Below, one piece after another: positions 36,852 through 46,324 of a stretch of DNA of 51,505 nucleotides; within the stretch, counting starts at the first letter, position 1, and every line of letters starts with the position of its first letter. Made by a program: the position numbers and the translations under genes. A model generated the notes under the pieces. It did no database searches. It worked only from the letters and a program-made list of their open reading frames with translations, and was not told the origin of the DNA. Origin of the DNA: an uncultured Myxococcales bacterium (lineage in GTDB: Bacteria; UBA10199; 2-02-FULL-44-16; JAAZCA01); the NCBI GenBank assembly GCA_964410765.1, contig CAYPII010000003.1, positions 1 to 51,505 of the forward strand, in the 5' to 3' direction.

Positions 36852-38462
36852 ATGGTCGAAATCGTCCCGCACTGGACGAGCCTGATTCCGCCGATCGTCG
36901 CCATCGGGTTGGCGCTGACCACGCGCCAGGTCATCCTCTCGCTTTTCCTCGGCGTCTTCGCTGGTTCGCTCATCATCTTCGGCTGGAATCCGCTGACGGC
37001 CTTTCTCATGCTCATCGACCGCTTCGTCCTGCCGGCGCTCGCCGATCGCGATCACGCGGCGATCATCATCTTCTCGATGATGCTGGGTGGCATGGTTGGC
37101 ATCGTGCAGAAGAGCGGCGGGGCGGCGGGGATCGTCGCGCAGGTCGAGCGCATCGCGCGAAGCGCGCGCATGGGGCAGCTCGCCACGTGGATCATGGGAA
37201 TTGCGATATTCTTCGACGATTACGCGAACACGCTCATCGTCGGCAACACGATGCGGCCGATCACCGACCGCTTCCGCATCTCGCGCGAGAAGCTCTCCTA
37301 TATCGTCGATTCGACGGCGGCACCCATCGCCGGCCTCTTCCTCTCCACCTGGATCGGCTACGAGATCGGCGTCATCGGCGATTCGATGCAGGGCGTGGGC
37401 TTCACCGCCGATCCCTTCTCGGTCTTCGTGATGAGTATCCCCTATCGTTTCTATGCGATCCTGGCGATCCTCTTCGTCGCTATGGTGGCGGTGGTGGGCC
37501 GCGACTTCGGACCGATGCTCCATGCGGAGCGCCGCGCGCGTACGACCGGCGAGCTGCTCGCACCCGGGGCGGAGCCGGCGATGGATCTCACCGAGACGAC
37601 CGGCCTCTCCGAAAGCGGCTCAAAGGTCCCGCCGCGCTGGATCAACGGGGTCCTGCCGATCGTCGCCGTCATCGTCGTGACGATCCTGGGCATCTGGCAG
37701 ACGGGGGCAAAGGGCGCCGCCGCTGCCGGCGTCGAGCCGACGGTGCGTACGATCATGGCGCATGCGAATTCGTCGACCGCACTCTTCTGGGGCTCGCTCT
37801 CCGGCTGCGCGGTGGGAATCGTGCTCGTCCTCATGCAGCGCATCCTCTCGCTCCACCAGGCATTCGACGCATGGTTTCACGGGGTCAAGTCGATGCTGCT
37901 GGCGATGATCATCCTCATTCTCGCCTGGTCGATCGGTTCCGTGACGCGGGAGCTGAGGACCGCGGAGTACATCGTGCAGGTCGTCACCGGTTCACTCCCG
38001 CTCTGGGCGCTTCCGGTGATCACCTTCGCGATCGCGGGCTTTGTGAGCTTCGCCACGGGGACGAGCTGGGGGACGATGGCGATCCTGATGCCGCTCGTCG
38101 TGCCGCTCGTCTGGAATATGGCGCAGGAGGAGGGGTTGGCGATGCAGGCGGCGCACGGCCAGCTCTTCATCGCGGTGAGTGCCGTGCTCGCCGGGGCGAT
38201 CTGGGGCGATCACTGCTCCCCGATCTCCGACACGACGGTGATGAGCTCGATGGCCTCCGGCTGTGACCACGTCGATCATGTGCGCACGCAGCTCCCCTAT
38301 GCGATGGCCGTCGGCGTCGTCTCGATGGCCGCACTCATCGGGGCGGGGCGGGGCTTTTCGCCATGGATTCTGTTGGGCGCTGCTGTCGTCGTCCTGATCA
38401 TTCTTCTCCTCCTCCTCGGCCGCCGGCCGGAGTCGCAGGGCCGGCAAACGGCCGCCAGATAA
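36852..38462 (+). CDS. nhaC: Na+/H+ antiporter, NhaC family
   Basis: Polytopic protein, N-terminal SLIPPIVAIGLALTTRQV, and FFDDYANTLIVGNTMRP. SD AGGAGG lies before ATG 36852. Confidence 0.85.
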   Translation: MVEIVPHWTSLIPPIVAIGLALTTRQVILSLFLGVFAGSLIIFGWNPLTAFLMLIDRFVLPALADRDHAAIIIFSMMLGGMVGIVQKSGGAAGIVAQVERIARSARMGQLATWIMGIAIFFDDYANTLIVGNTMRPITDRFRISREKLSYIVDSTAAPIAGLFLSTWIGYEIGVIGDSMQGVGFTADPFSVFVMSIPYRFYAILAILFVAMVAVVGRDFGPMLHAERRARTTGELLAPGAEPAMDLTETTGLSESGSKVPPRWINGVLPIVAVIVVTILGIWQTGAKGAAAAGVEPTVRTIMAHANSSTALFWGSLSGCAVGIVLVLMQRILSLHQAFDAWFHGVKSMLLAMIILILAWSIGSVTRELRTAEYIVQVVTGSLPLWALPVITFAIAGFVSFATGTSWGTMAILMPLVVPLVWNMAQEEGLAMQAAHGQLFIAVSAVLAGAIWGDHCSPISDTTVMSSMASGCDHVDHVRTQLPYAMAVGVVSMAALIGAGRGFSPWILLGAAVVVLIILLLLLGRRPESQGRQTAAR

Positions 38463-38524
38463 AAAGAGCATTTTCCCCGCAACTCTTTTCGCGCGAAGCC
38501 GAAATGGGGAGGGGAGGGGACAAT

Positions 38525-39040
38525 ATGCATCCGATACTCATCCTGGGGGCGTTTATGGGCCTCTCTGCATTTCTGAAGGCCTGTACACACGCGCAGCCAC
38601 GCAAAGAAGATCGAAAGCCGACGAACGAAGAGGCCCTGATGGCCGCCGGCGGCATCGATGCTTTCGTTGCCGAGGGGGCGCATCCCGATTCGCGTTTCCA
38701 TATCTATTCTTACCGAGCCGACTGGTGTCGGGCGAGTCGTCTCCACGACGCATCGATCGCGGAGGTGGCGACGGTGCGCGGCGACCTCGATTACACGCCG
38801 CTGGATGTCGAGAAAATCGAGGGTATCTGGACGCCGGATCGCCTCCCCTACACGATCGTGCAGTACAGCGATTGTCCAGCGGTCGCGACCTTCCTGGGCG
38901 CGGCCCCGCCGCTGATCGTCGATATGCTGCTTCAGGGCCTGCGACAGGCCTGCGAGGAGGCGGAGCGCAGTATCCCGGAGAAGTCGCCCGAAGGGCCAAA
39001 GGAGCGCCCCTCGAAGTCGAAGGACGAGATTTGGATCTAG
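38525..39040 (+). CDS. Hypothetical lipoprotein
   Basis: MHPILILGAFMGLSAFLKAC lipobox-like N-terminus. A G-rich SD lies upstream. Confidence 0.6.
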   Translation: MHPILILGAFMGLSAFLKACTHAQPRKEDRKPTNEEALMAAGGIDAFVAEGAHPDSRFHIYSYRADWCRASRLHDASIAEVATVRGDLDYTPLDVEKIEGIWTPDRLPYTIVQYSDCPAVATFLGAAPPLIVDMLLQGLRQACEEAERSIPEKSPEGPKERPSKSKDEIWI

Positions 39041-39570
39041 CTCCTTCGTTCCTTCCCTTTTCCTGAATTCCCCAACAGCAGGCGCGCCAGGGCGGCCTCG
39101 CGTTTGAAGAACCCCTCGGTGTGGAAGGAATCCTCGAGACCCAGCAGCGTATAATCCAGGTGGTGCATCAGCTCGTGCAGGAGCGTGCGCAGGAAGGTGC
39201 GGAAGGCGACGACATCCTTGCGCTTGGCAGTCCGCATCCAGACGGTAATCATCGATCGCCTCCCCTCCTCCGCTTCATAGAGGCCGTGGAGCTCCCCCCA
39301 GCGCCGGGAGGGGCGAACCGCGAGCACCTTCACCCGCAGCGGCGGGACCTTGAAGACATTGGTGAGCCCCGTGATGAACTTCTGTGCAACCTCCTGCGTG
39401 CGCGCCTTGTCGTCGGCCGCCAGCGCCTTCTGGAGCGCGGCGACGTAGGGGGCGAAGCGCTCGGGGCCCGGCAGGCGCACCTTCGTGATCCGATCGCTGT
39501 GGTCGTAGATGCGCTTCTCGGCCGCGGAGAGCGATTTGTAGTAGCCGAAGCGGGCGCCGGCACTCTGCAT
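39037..39570 (-). CDS. Putative zinc metalloprotease-like protein (HExxH: LLHELMHHL)
   Basis: 177 aa from ATG 39570. The HExxH motif is in a SprT/DUF45-like context. The upstream part of the 312-aa track ORF is rejected. Confidence 0.6.
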   Translation of the reverse strand: MQSAGARFGYYKSLSAAEKRIYDHSDRITKVRLPGPERFAPYVAALQKALAADDKARTQEVAQKFITGLTNVFKVPPLRVKVLAVRPSRRWGELHGLYEAEEGRRSMITVWMRTAKRKDVVAFRTFLRTLLHELMHHLDYTLLGLEDSFHTEGFFKREAALARLLLGNSGKGKERRS

Positions 39571-39684
39571 AGCGCAGGCATAGCCGATCGCCCTCTCCCC
39601 GGCAAGGGCGCTGTGGCGGGGGCCAGGTGCCGTTTGACCCCCGTCCGGAAATGGCCTACACACTCGGGGAAACGGGAGGTGACG

Positions 39685-40071
39685 ATGCTCGGAGGCGACG
39701 GAGAGGTCGGCAGTCTCGTACGGCGTGCGCTCGTGATGGCGGCGGTGCTGGCCCTGGCGGCGGGGGGGATCGCCTACGTCGCCTATGGCGCGCAGACCGC
39801 GCTCTCGATCGTCGCCGGCGGCGGCGTCGCCATGGCCAGCTTCCTCGTTCTCGTGGCGGTCGTCGTGCGCGGGACCGCCGAGTCCGGCCGCGGGATGCTC
39901 CTGGTGGCGGTCATCGGCATCGGAAAGCTCCTGTTGCTGGGCGCGCTGCTCTGGTGGCTGATTACGCGCGGGCACGTGGCACCGCTCGCGTTTCTCGGCG
40001 GCTTTTCGACGATGGTCGCAGCGCTGCTGATCGAGGCGCTGCGCCTCTCGCGCTCGAAGGCGATGGCGTAA
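39685..40071 (+). CDS. atpI: ATP synthase protein I (AtpI-like small membrane protein)
   Basis: 128 aa with hydrophobic helices, directly preceding atpB with a TAATG overlap. SD GGGAGG. Confidence 0.65.
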   Translation: MLGGDGEVGSLVRRALVMAAVLALAAGGIAYVAYGAQTALSIVAGGGVAMASFLVLVAVVVRGTAESGRGMLLVAVIGIGKLLLLGALLWWLITRGHVAPLAFLGGFSTMVAALLIEALRLSRSKAMA

Positions 40072-40781
40072 TGGAGCGAGTCACCTTCATCGGCTGGGCG
40101 GTCAATGCAGCAGGGCTCCCCCCCTCCTGGAAGGGGCCCTACCTGCACGTCTGCACATCGGTCGTCGTCCTCGCGCTCATCGCGCTGATCGCCGTCGTCG
40201 TCTTCCGGCGGCTCAAACGCATCGACGTGCATCTCGTGCCGAAGGGGAGTACGTCGCTTGTCAACGTCATCGAGATCATCATCGAGGCGCTGCTGCGCAT
40301 CATGACCGACGTGATGGGAAAGGACGCGCGACGTCATTTTCCGATCATCGGCGCGGTCTTCTTCTACATCCTCATCAGCGATCTGGTGGGGGTTATCCCC
40401 GGCTTCTCTCCGTCGACCGACAACATCAACACGAACCTGGCGGTCGCGATCGTCGTCTTTTGCTACTACAACATCGCCGGCATTCGGGCGCACGGCTTGA
40501 GCGGCTATCTGAAGGAGTTCTCCGGGCCGATCATCTGGCTCGCCCCGCTGCTCTTCGTCGTCGAGATCATCAGCCACATCGTTCGGCCGCTCTCGCTCTC
40601 CGTTCGTCTTCTCGGCAACATGTATGGCGATCACCTCGTGGTGGGCATCTTCTCGAACATCGCGCCGATCATCGTCCCAACCGCCTTCATGGCGATGGCC
40701 ATTTTTGTTGCGTTCATCCAGGCCTTCGTGTTTACGCTGCTCTCCGTCATCTACATCGCTTTGGCGACGCGGACGGAGTGA
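40071..40781 (+). CDS. atpB: F-type ATP synthase Fo subunit a
   Basis: Conserved RPLSLSVRLLGNMYGDH (essential Arg) and FIQAFVFTLL. Confidence 0.92.
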   Translation: MERVTFIGWAVNAAGLPPSWKGPYLHVCTSVVVLALIALIAVVVFRRLKRIDVHLVPKGSTSLVNVIEIIIEALLRIMTDVMGKDARRHFPIIGAVFFYILISDLVGVIPGFSPSTDNINTNLAVAIVVFCYYNIAGIRAHGLSGYLKEFSGPIIWLAPLLFVVEIISHIVRPLSLSVRLLGNMYGDHLVVGIFSNIAPIIVPTAFMAMAIFVAFIQAFVFTLLSVIYIALATRTE

Positions 40782-40799
40782 GCGGAAAGGGAGCGCACT

Positions 40800-41132
40800 A
40801 TGAAGAGAATCATGACCGGGTGTTTGGTCTGCACTGCGGCGTTGCTGCCGGCCGTGGCCGCGGCGCAGGAGACGATGGTGCTGGAGAGTGTTGGGCGCGG
40901 AAGGTGGGGCGTGGCTGCCATCGCCCTCTCGGCGGGCATCGCCATCGCCGTCGCCGCCCTGGGTGGCGCGATCGGTCAGGGGCGCGTGGCCGCCGCCGCC
41001 ATGGAGGGGATCTCGCGCAACCCCGAGGCGGCCAGCAAGGTGATGACGCCGATGATCATCGCCCTGGCGTTGATCGAATCGCTCGTGATCTACGCCCTCG
41101 TCGTCGCCTTCCTCCTGCAGGGGAAGATCTAA
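40800..41132 (+). CDS. atpE: F-type ATP synthase Fo subunit c (possible signal-peptide-like N-terminal extension; alternative start 40875)
   Basis: GQGRVAAAAMEGISRNPE loop and the ion-binding helix IIALALIESLVIYALVV. Confidence 0.88.
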   Translation: MKRIMTGCLVCTAALLPAVAAAQETMVLESVGRGRWGVAAIALSAGIAIAVAALGGAIGQGRVAAAAMEGISRNPEAASKVMTPMIIALALIESLVIYALVVAFLLQGKI

Positions 41133-41137
41133 GCGCT

Positions 41138-41218
41138 TGTCCTGAGTCCTTCGACGTTGCTCAGGGCGGGCTTCCGAAGGATATCCGGGGATTCTTCGCT
41201 TGCGGCTCAGAATGACAA
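41138..41218. repeat. REP/MITE-like element copy B between convergent atpE and the RNHCP gene
   Basis: Left TTGTCCTGAG..CTCAGG hairpin, central GATATCC, right GGATTCTTCGCTTGCGGCTCAGAATGACAA. The termini are imperfect inverted repeats. Confidence 0.55.
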
Positions 41219-41221
41219 ACT

Positions 41222-41644
41222 TCAGCGTTTCTTCTTCCGTCGCATGTGCGGGGGGATCGGTCGTTTCTCGTTGATCGGTTTCCCCGCCAGTTCGATGATC
41301 CGGTCGAAGTCGTCCGCCGCGTTTTCATCCGCCAGGATTGCTTTTGAGCGCACGCGTGCAGCACAGCGCTGGCACTGGAAGAGGATGACGTACTCCTTCT
41401 TGGTGTCGGTGTAGACGCCGATGGGCCGCAGCGATCCACGGCAGGGGTTGGCGCGGTCTCCGGGATCGATGTCGACGTGCTTCGACCAGAGGCAGAAGGG
41501 GCAGTGGTCGCGCGGCGTCGTCTGTGCCGTCGGCGGCACCTCCCGCCCGCACTGCTCGCAGAGAAATCCCTCGTTGACCACCCGGAATCGTTTTTCCTGA
41601 AGTTCAGCCATTGATCTATACGATCGGGCCATCGGACAAATCAC
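41222..41644 (-). CDS. RNHCP-domain zinc-ribbon protein (start uncertain: GTG 41644, ATG 41632 or ATG 41611)
   Basis: CEQCG...PRDHCPFCLWSKHVD...CRG...FQCQRC pattern. The GTGA overlap with the upstream gene's stop suggests translational coupling. Confidence 0.75.
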   Translation of the reverse strand: MICPMARSYRSMAELQEKRFRVVNEGFLCEQCGREVPPTAQTTPRDHCPFCLWSKHVDIDPGDRANPCRGSLRPIGVYTDTKKEYVILFQCQRCAARVRSKAILADENAADDFDRIIELAGKPINEKRPIPPHMRRKKKR

Positions 41645-43383
41645 GCCTTCATCCGCTCGCCCTCATCCTCGTGGATGAATATCCAGCTCGCGAGCTTCGC
41701 CTCCTCGATCGCCGTCCCCTCCGCGGAGCGCTGCCAGTAGTGCGATGATTTTGCGCTGTGGCTGCTCGTGTCGTTCGGGTCGAGCGCAGCGATTCCCTCC
41801 GCGATGAGCGTGAGCCGCTCGCGCCAGCGCCCGAGATTTTCCGGGCGCAGGTCGACCCACCCATCGTGCGCCCACTTGTCGATCGATTCCGGCGTGACGG
41901 CGAAGGCCGCGGTGGGCTTGCCGGGAACATCCGCCGGGATGGCGATGCGGTTGCCGCGCATCAGTCGCGTCCCGTCGCGCGAGAGCACCGGGATGCCGAT
42001 GGAGGCGATGCGGCTGAGCATTTCACAATCGTGCGTGAGCGTGTGTTCGATCTCTTCGGCCATCGCTTCCGGCTTTTGCCCGAGGACGCGCTCGAAGGTG
42101 CCGTAGTGCTTGCGCAGCAGATACGCTTCGTAGAGGAGCTTCGAGAGGCGCGGCGGACCGAGGATCTCGAAGGCGACGGAGTCGGTTCCGGTCTCCGCGA
42201 CGAGCGCCCGCAGCTGATCGAGCGCCTGGTCGCGCATGTAGCCGGCGCGATAGGTCGGCCCCATCGTCGAGTTGTCGAGCGCGGCGACGATGTCGAAGCC
42301 GGAGTTGCGCCCGCGGATCTCCCAGATTGCGGCCTGCGCGATCTCCTCGGGGGTGATGAACTCCATCTGCCCCTCGTCGGTGATCGTCTCGAACTCGCCC
42401 AGCGAGAAAACGCCGTTTTCGCCCGTGTCGACGAAGGGGGCGGTCAGCTGCTTCTGCTCGCCGTTTTCCATCAGCGGGGGGATTTGTCGCGGCGGCTCCT
42501 TCGCCAGCTGCGTGCCGAGCAGCACTGAGTTTTCCGGATCGACCGCTTCGAGCAGGCCCGGCTGCCCCTTCTTGAGGACCGGGCCGCTGGCGATTCGCTT
42601 CCAGGCGATTGCCGCCGCGGGCTTGAGCTCCTTGATCACCGGGCCGCCCGGGGTGCGCCCCATCAGGAAGAGGAGCAGCGACTGCGCGCCGGCCATGGAG
42701 GACTTCGCCAACAGCATCTGCGAGGGTTTGTCCTCGCTGTGCGTGTAGGGGATGTTGAGCCCCATCCCGCCGGTGCCGCACGTGCCGATCTTGAGATAGA
42801 GTTCGCTCTTCGCCTCGACCATCGACGAGAGGAATATCTGCACGTGGCGAATCAGCTGCGGGACATACTGCGTGACCAGCAGCTTCTCAACGCTCTCCAG
42901 GGCGCCGTCGGTCAACGTCCCTTCATGTGCCGCGCGGTGCAACGCGTCGTAGGTCTCCTTCGCGGCGCCGAAGACGTTCTGGTAGGAGATAGCGGTGGCC
43001 GTGTTGATGGCGTCGATCACCAGATGCGGCTTGTAGCGTTCGCAGAGTTGGAACATCGTCGAATCGGCGAGGATGTCGCGGTTGAGCGGATGGAGCAGGT
43101 CGTCGATGAGCGCGCGACGATGCTCCGGCGTTCCCAACAGTTCGCCGCGACCGAGGTCCTTGAAGGTGGCACGCACGAAGACGTTGCCCCATTCGGCGTG
43201 GAGCGACGGGCAGCGCTCGCCGTACTCCTTTTGCAGTTGATCGATGAACGAACGCACCTCGGCTTCGAAGAGCGAGGAGACGACGATTTCGCCGACCCCC
43301 TCATCGATCAGCTGGCGGCAGATCGCCTGCCCCACCAGTCCCGCTCCCCCCAGCACCAATGCGCGCTTGCCACGGATCTCCAT
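41641..43383 (-). CDS. Large Rossmann-fold (GGAGLVG) protein of unknown function
   Basis: MEIRGKRALVLGGAGLVGQAI dinucleotide-binding N-terminus after SD GGGAGG, and a conserved-looking IGTCGTGGMGLNIPYTHSE. About 580 aa, with no family I can name. The track start 43458 is a TTG. Confidence 0.75.
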   Translation of the reverse strand: MEIRGKRALVLGGAGLVGQAICRQLIDEGVGEIVVSSLFEAEVRSFIDQLQKEYGERCPSLHAEWGNVFVRATFKDLGRGELLGTPEHRRALIDDLLHPLNRDILADSTMFQLCERYKPHLVIDAINTATAISYQNVFGAAKETYDALHRAAHEGTLTDGALESVEKLLVTQYVPQLIRHVQIFLSSMVEAKSELYLKIGTCGTGGMGLNIPYTHSEDKPSQMLLAKSSMAGAQSLLLFLMGRTPGGPVIKELKPAAAIAWKRIASGPVLKKGQPGLLEAVDPENSVLLGTQLAKEPPRQIPPLMENGEQKQLTAPFVDTGENGVFSLGEFETITDEGQMEFITPEEIAQAAIWEIRGRNSGFDIVAALDNSTMGPTYRAGYMRDQALDQLRALVAETGTDSVAFEILGPPRLSKLLYEAYLLRKHYGTFERVLGQKPEAMAEEIEHTLTHDCEMLSRIASIGIPVLSRDGTRLMRGNRIAIPADVPGKPTAAFAVTPESIDKWAHDGWVDLRPENLGRWRERLTLIAEGIAALDPNDTSSHSAKSSHYWQRSAEGTAIEEAKLASWIFIHEDEGERMKA

Positions 43384-43484
43384 ACGGCCTCCCGTCATCG
43401 GTTGAACGCGTTCCTGCACCCGCGGCGACAGCAGATCACAGCCGGTGGCCATTTGCAACTGGAAGCTCCCGATGGAGCCGATCT

Positions 43485-44606
43485 TTACTGATCCGCCTGC
43501 GAGGTGCCGGGGGTGCTCCGGATATGGAGGGGGGGGCCACCCTGGAGCTTGTGGGGGTCGTTAAAGGTGAAGGATTTCCGTTCGATATCCTGCCAGATGC
43601 CGATGCTATAGCCGCCGCGGAAGGTGAGCTCCACCCGGCGGATGTGGGCTGGCAGCGGTCCCTTGATGACGAGGTCCTCGTTGAGCCGCTTGGCGAAGTT
43701 GGCGAGATAGCCCTTCTCTTTGAGCTCGAAGAAATTATCGGTGAAGATGCTGACGAAGAGGGTGTGCGAATCGCCAATGCCGAAAGGATAGCGGCCGATA
43801 TGCAGGCGCGGATGTTCGACGTTCGGCTGCGAGTCGAGCAGGTACCAGCTGCGCGCCAGAAAGCGCTGCAAGATCGAGGAGCCGATCGTCGAACGCCAGG
43901 TGATGAAGCCGGTGCAGAGTAGCGCCGATATGATGAGGAAGAGGATGAGCGGCTGCTGGATCGACATCGGCGCGAGGTCGTACTGCTCCTCGCTGCGAAC
44001 GACGATGGCATCGAGGAGCAGATCGATTCCGGTGCGGTGTTGCGGATGAAAGAGGCCGAAGATGAGGATCGAGAGCGCGATGACGATTCCGAAGAGCTCC
44101 AGGCCCAGGATGATCGGAGAGGAGGGGTCGGAATTGCGACCGACGAAGATCACGGCGGCGATCAGGGCGAAGGGGGCTGCATGCAACAGCGCGTCGATCG
44201 CTGAGAGCATGCCGCCGGAGATGTGTTCGACGTGAATGCCCGTGATGCGCTTGCCCAGCGTCCGACCGCCGCCGAGGCCGCTGTCGAAGAGGGAAAAATA
44301 GGCGAGGGCGACGAGGAGGCCGATCCACCAACCGTTCTCATGAAAGCGTGCCAGAAAGCTGCCCGCGAAGAGCGTGATGAGGCGCCCGACGGCCACCAAC
44401 AGCGCGATGTCGATGAGGAAGGCGATGGTGCGTCGGATGGTCACCTTGAAGGCGACCTGCGAGGTGACCGCCGATCCGATGTCGCGCTGCAGCTTGAGCT
44501 GGCGCTGCAGCTCCTCGTTGAGGTCGCGCGCCTTCTCCCGTGCGGCGACCTCATCGAGGTCATCGAATTGTTGCGGAGGGGTGTCGTGCACGGGCGAATA
44601 GTACAC
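43485..44606 (-). CDS. RDD-family membrane protein with a C-terminal soluble domain
   Basis: RRTIAFLIDIALL...GRTLGKRITGIHV (RDD-type) and multiple TM helices. GTG start. Confidence 0.7.
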   Translation of the reverse strand: MYYSPVHDTPPQQFDDLDEVAAREKARDLNEELQRQLKLQRDIGSAVTSQVAFKVTIRRTIAFLIDIALLVAVGRLITLFAGSFLARFHENGWWIGLLVALAYFSLFDSGLGGGRTLGKRITGIHVEHISGGMLSAIDALLHAAPFALIAAVIFVGRNSDPSSPIILGLELFGIVIALSILIFGLFHPQHRTGIDLLLDAIVVRSEEQYDLAPMSIQQPLILFLIISALLCTGFITWRSTIGSSILQRFLARSWYLLDSQPNVEHPRLHIGRYPFGIGDSHTLFVSIFTDNFFELKEKGYLANFAKRLNEDLVIKGPLPAHIRRVELTFRGGYSIGIWQDIERKSFTFNDPHKLQGGPPLHIRSTPGTSQADQ

Positions 44607-44645
44607 AGGGATTTCGGCAAATGCAAAATGGTTGCGACCCGTGCG

Positions 44646-44675
44646 TTGACGGCCGGCGCGGCTTTGGGCTATAGC
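44646..44675 (+). promoter_or_regulatory. Possible sigma-70-type promoter (TTGACG-N18-TATAGC) with an embedded 12-bp palindrome GGGCTATAGCCC
   Basis: Read by eye, about 40 nt upstream of the iorA start. Confidence 0.35.
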
Positions 44676-44712
44676 CCAAGCTCCACGTGGGGGTATCGGA
44701 AAGGGGTCTGCG

Positions 44713-46317
44713 ATGACGGTGAGCTCGATGGCGCTGCTGGGCGACGAAGCGGTGGCGATGGGCGCGATTCATGCAGGGATATCAAGTAGTTATGCGTATC
44801 CCGGTACCCCGGCCACCGAGATCCAGGAGGCGGTCCAGAGGTACGTGGCCGCTACCCCGGACGCGGATATTCGCGCGGCCTGGTCGATCAACGAGAAGGT
44901 GGCGATGGAGGAGGCGATGGGGGTCTCCCTCATCGGGCGGCGCGCGCTGGTCGACATGAAGCACGTCGGCCTCAACGTGGCGGCCGATCCCTTCATGAAC
45001 GCCGCGGTCACCGGCTGCGGGGGCGGGGTGGTGGTGGCGGTCGCGGATGATCCCTCCATGCACTCCTCGCAGAACGAGCAGGACAGCCGCTTCTATGCCG
45101 ACTTCGCGCAGATCCCCTGCTTCGAGCCGGCGAATCAGCAGGAGGCCTACGACATGACCCGTGCGGCCTTCGAATTCTCCGAGCGCTTCGAGGTCCCGGT
45201 CGTGATCCGCCTCGTCACGCGGCTTTCGCACACACGCGCGCGCGTCGCTTTCGAGAAGCCGACGGCGCAGAAGCCGGTTGCGCTCCCCGACGACTTCAAG
45301 CGCTGGACGTTGCTGCCGACCAACGCCCGTCCGCAGTACGAGAAGCTCCTGGCCAAGCAACCCGCCTTTATCACCGCCGCGAACGAGAGTGACTCCAATA
45401 TGCTCACGATGACGAAGGGGACGCGGCTGGGCGTCATCGCGTCGGGCGTCGGCTTCAACTACTTCCGGGAGAACGCGCGCGACGGCGGGGTGGAGTGCTC
45501 CTGGCTCAAGGTCGGACAGTACCCCCTGCCGGAGGCGAAGATCGCCGAGCTCGCCGATGGCGTCGAGGAGATCCTTGTCGTCGAGGAGGGCTATCCCGTG
45601 ATCGAACGTCAGCTCGCGGCGCTCCTCCATCGGATGGGAAAGGGCGCGCGCGTTCACGGTAAGCTCGATGGCGTGCTCCCGCGTTCGGGAGAGCTCAACG
45701 CCGACATCGTGCGCGCGGCACTCAAGCTCGGCGCGCTCTCCGATGGCGGCGCCATGCCCCCGGCCGAGCTCGTGCGTTCGCGTCCGCCCGCGCTCTGCCG
45801 CGGCTGTCCGCACCACGACACCTACAACGCCCTCAACGTGGCACTCGAGGGAAAGGAACGCGAGCGCGTCGTCTTCTCCGATATCGGCTGCTACACGCTC
45901 GGCGCCTATCCCCCCTACGAGTCGATCCACTCCTGCCTCTGCATGGGGGCGTCGGTCTCGATGGCGAAGGCGGCGGGAGAGAACGGCCTGCGCTACGCGG
46001 TGGCGGTGCTCGGCGACTCCACCTTCGACCACTCCGGCATCACGCCGCTCGTCGAAGGGATCAAGCGCGGGACGAACTTCACGACGATCATCCTCGACAA
46101 CTCCACCACCGGGATGACCGGTGGCCAGGAGACGATCTGCGGGCTCGATGCGCTGGAGCAGCTCATCCTCGGCATGGGAATCGCGCGGGAACACCTGCGC
46201 GTCATCACGCCGTTGCCGAAGCAGCACGAGGAGAACGTGCGCGTCCTGCGCGAGGAGATCGACTACGCCGGACCGAGCGTCGTCATCGCGAAACGCAAAT
46301 GCATCCAGGTGAAATGA
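44713..46317 (+). CDS. iorA: Indolepyruvate:ferredoxin oxidoreductase alpha subunit (TPP-dependent 2-oxoacid:ferredoxin oxidoreductase)
   Basis: N-terminal LLGDEAVAMGAIHAGISSSYAYPGTPATEI, TPP region GDSTFDHSGITPL, and a cognate beta subunit following. Confidence 0.85.
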   Translation: MTVSSMALLGDEAVAMGAIHAGISSSYAYPGTPATEIQEAVQRYVAATPDADIRAAWSINEKVAMEEAMGVSLIGRRALVDMKHVGLNVAADPFMNAAVTGCGGGVVVAVADDPSMHSSQNEQDSRFYADFAQIPCFEPANQQEAYDMTRAAFEFSERFEVPVVIRLVTRLSHTRARVAFEKPTAQKPVALPDDFKRWTLLPTNARPQYEKLLAKQPAFITAANESDSNMLTMTKGTRLGVIASGVGFNYFRENARDGGVECSWLKVGQYPLPEAKIAELADGVEEILVVEEGYPVIERQLAALLHRMGKGARVHGKLDGVLPRSGELNADIVRAALKLGALSDGGAMPPAELVRSRPPALCRGCPHHDTYNALNVALEGKERERVVFSDIGCYTLGAYPPYESIHSCLCMGASVSMAKAAGENGLRYAVAVLGDSTFDHSGITPLVEGIKRGTNFTTIILDNSTTGMTGGQETICGLDALEQLILGMGIAREHLRVITPLPKQHEENVRVLREEIDYAGPSVVIAKRKCIQVK

Positions 46318-46324
46318 GGCGCAT

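Noticed and set aside
36375-37523. 382-aa minus-strand ORF overlapping nhaC and the HAD gene region.
   Set aside because: Composition artefact. It is out of frame with the HAD gene, which is complete at 36103-36756, and NhaC is clear on the plus strand.
39037-39040. Convergent genes sharing the tetranucleotide CTAG as both stop codons. Similar near-zero gaps occur at 22897/22901, 24434/24441 and 33669/33674.
   Set aside because: This reflects compact genome packing. I see no structure suggesting a functional element beyond the overlap itself.
39634-39662. Possible sigma-70 promoter TTGACC-N17-TACACA upstream of atpI.
   Set aside because: The -10 hexamer is weak (about 3 of 6 positions), so it is not reported as a feature.
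39121-40781. Long plus-strand track ORFs 39121-40071 and 39627-40781 as single large proteins.
   Set aside because: Only their C-terminal parts (AtpI from 39685, AtpB from 40071) look like real proteins with an SD or stop-start overlap. The upstream parts overlap the minus-strand HExxH gene.
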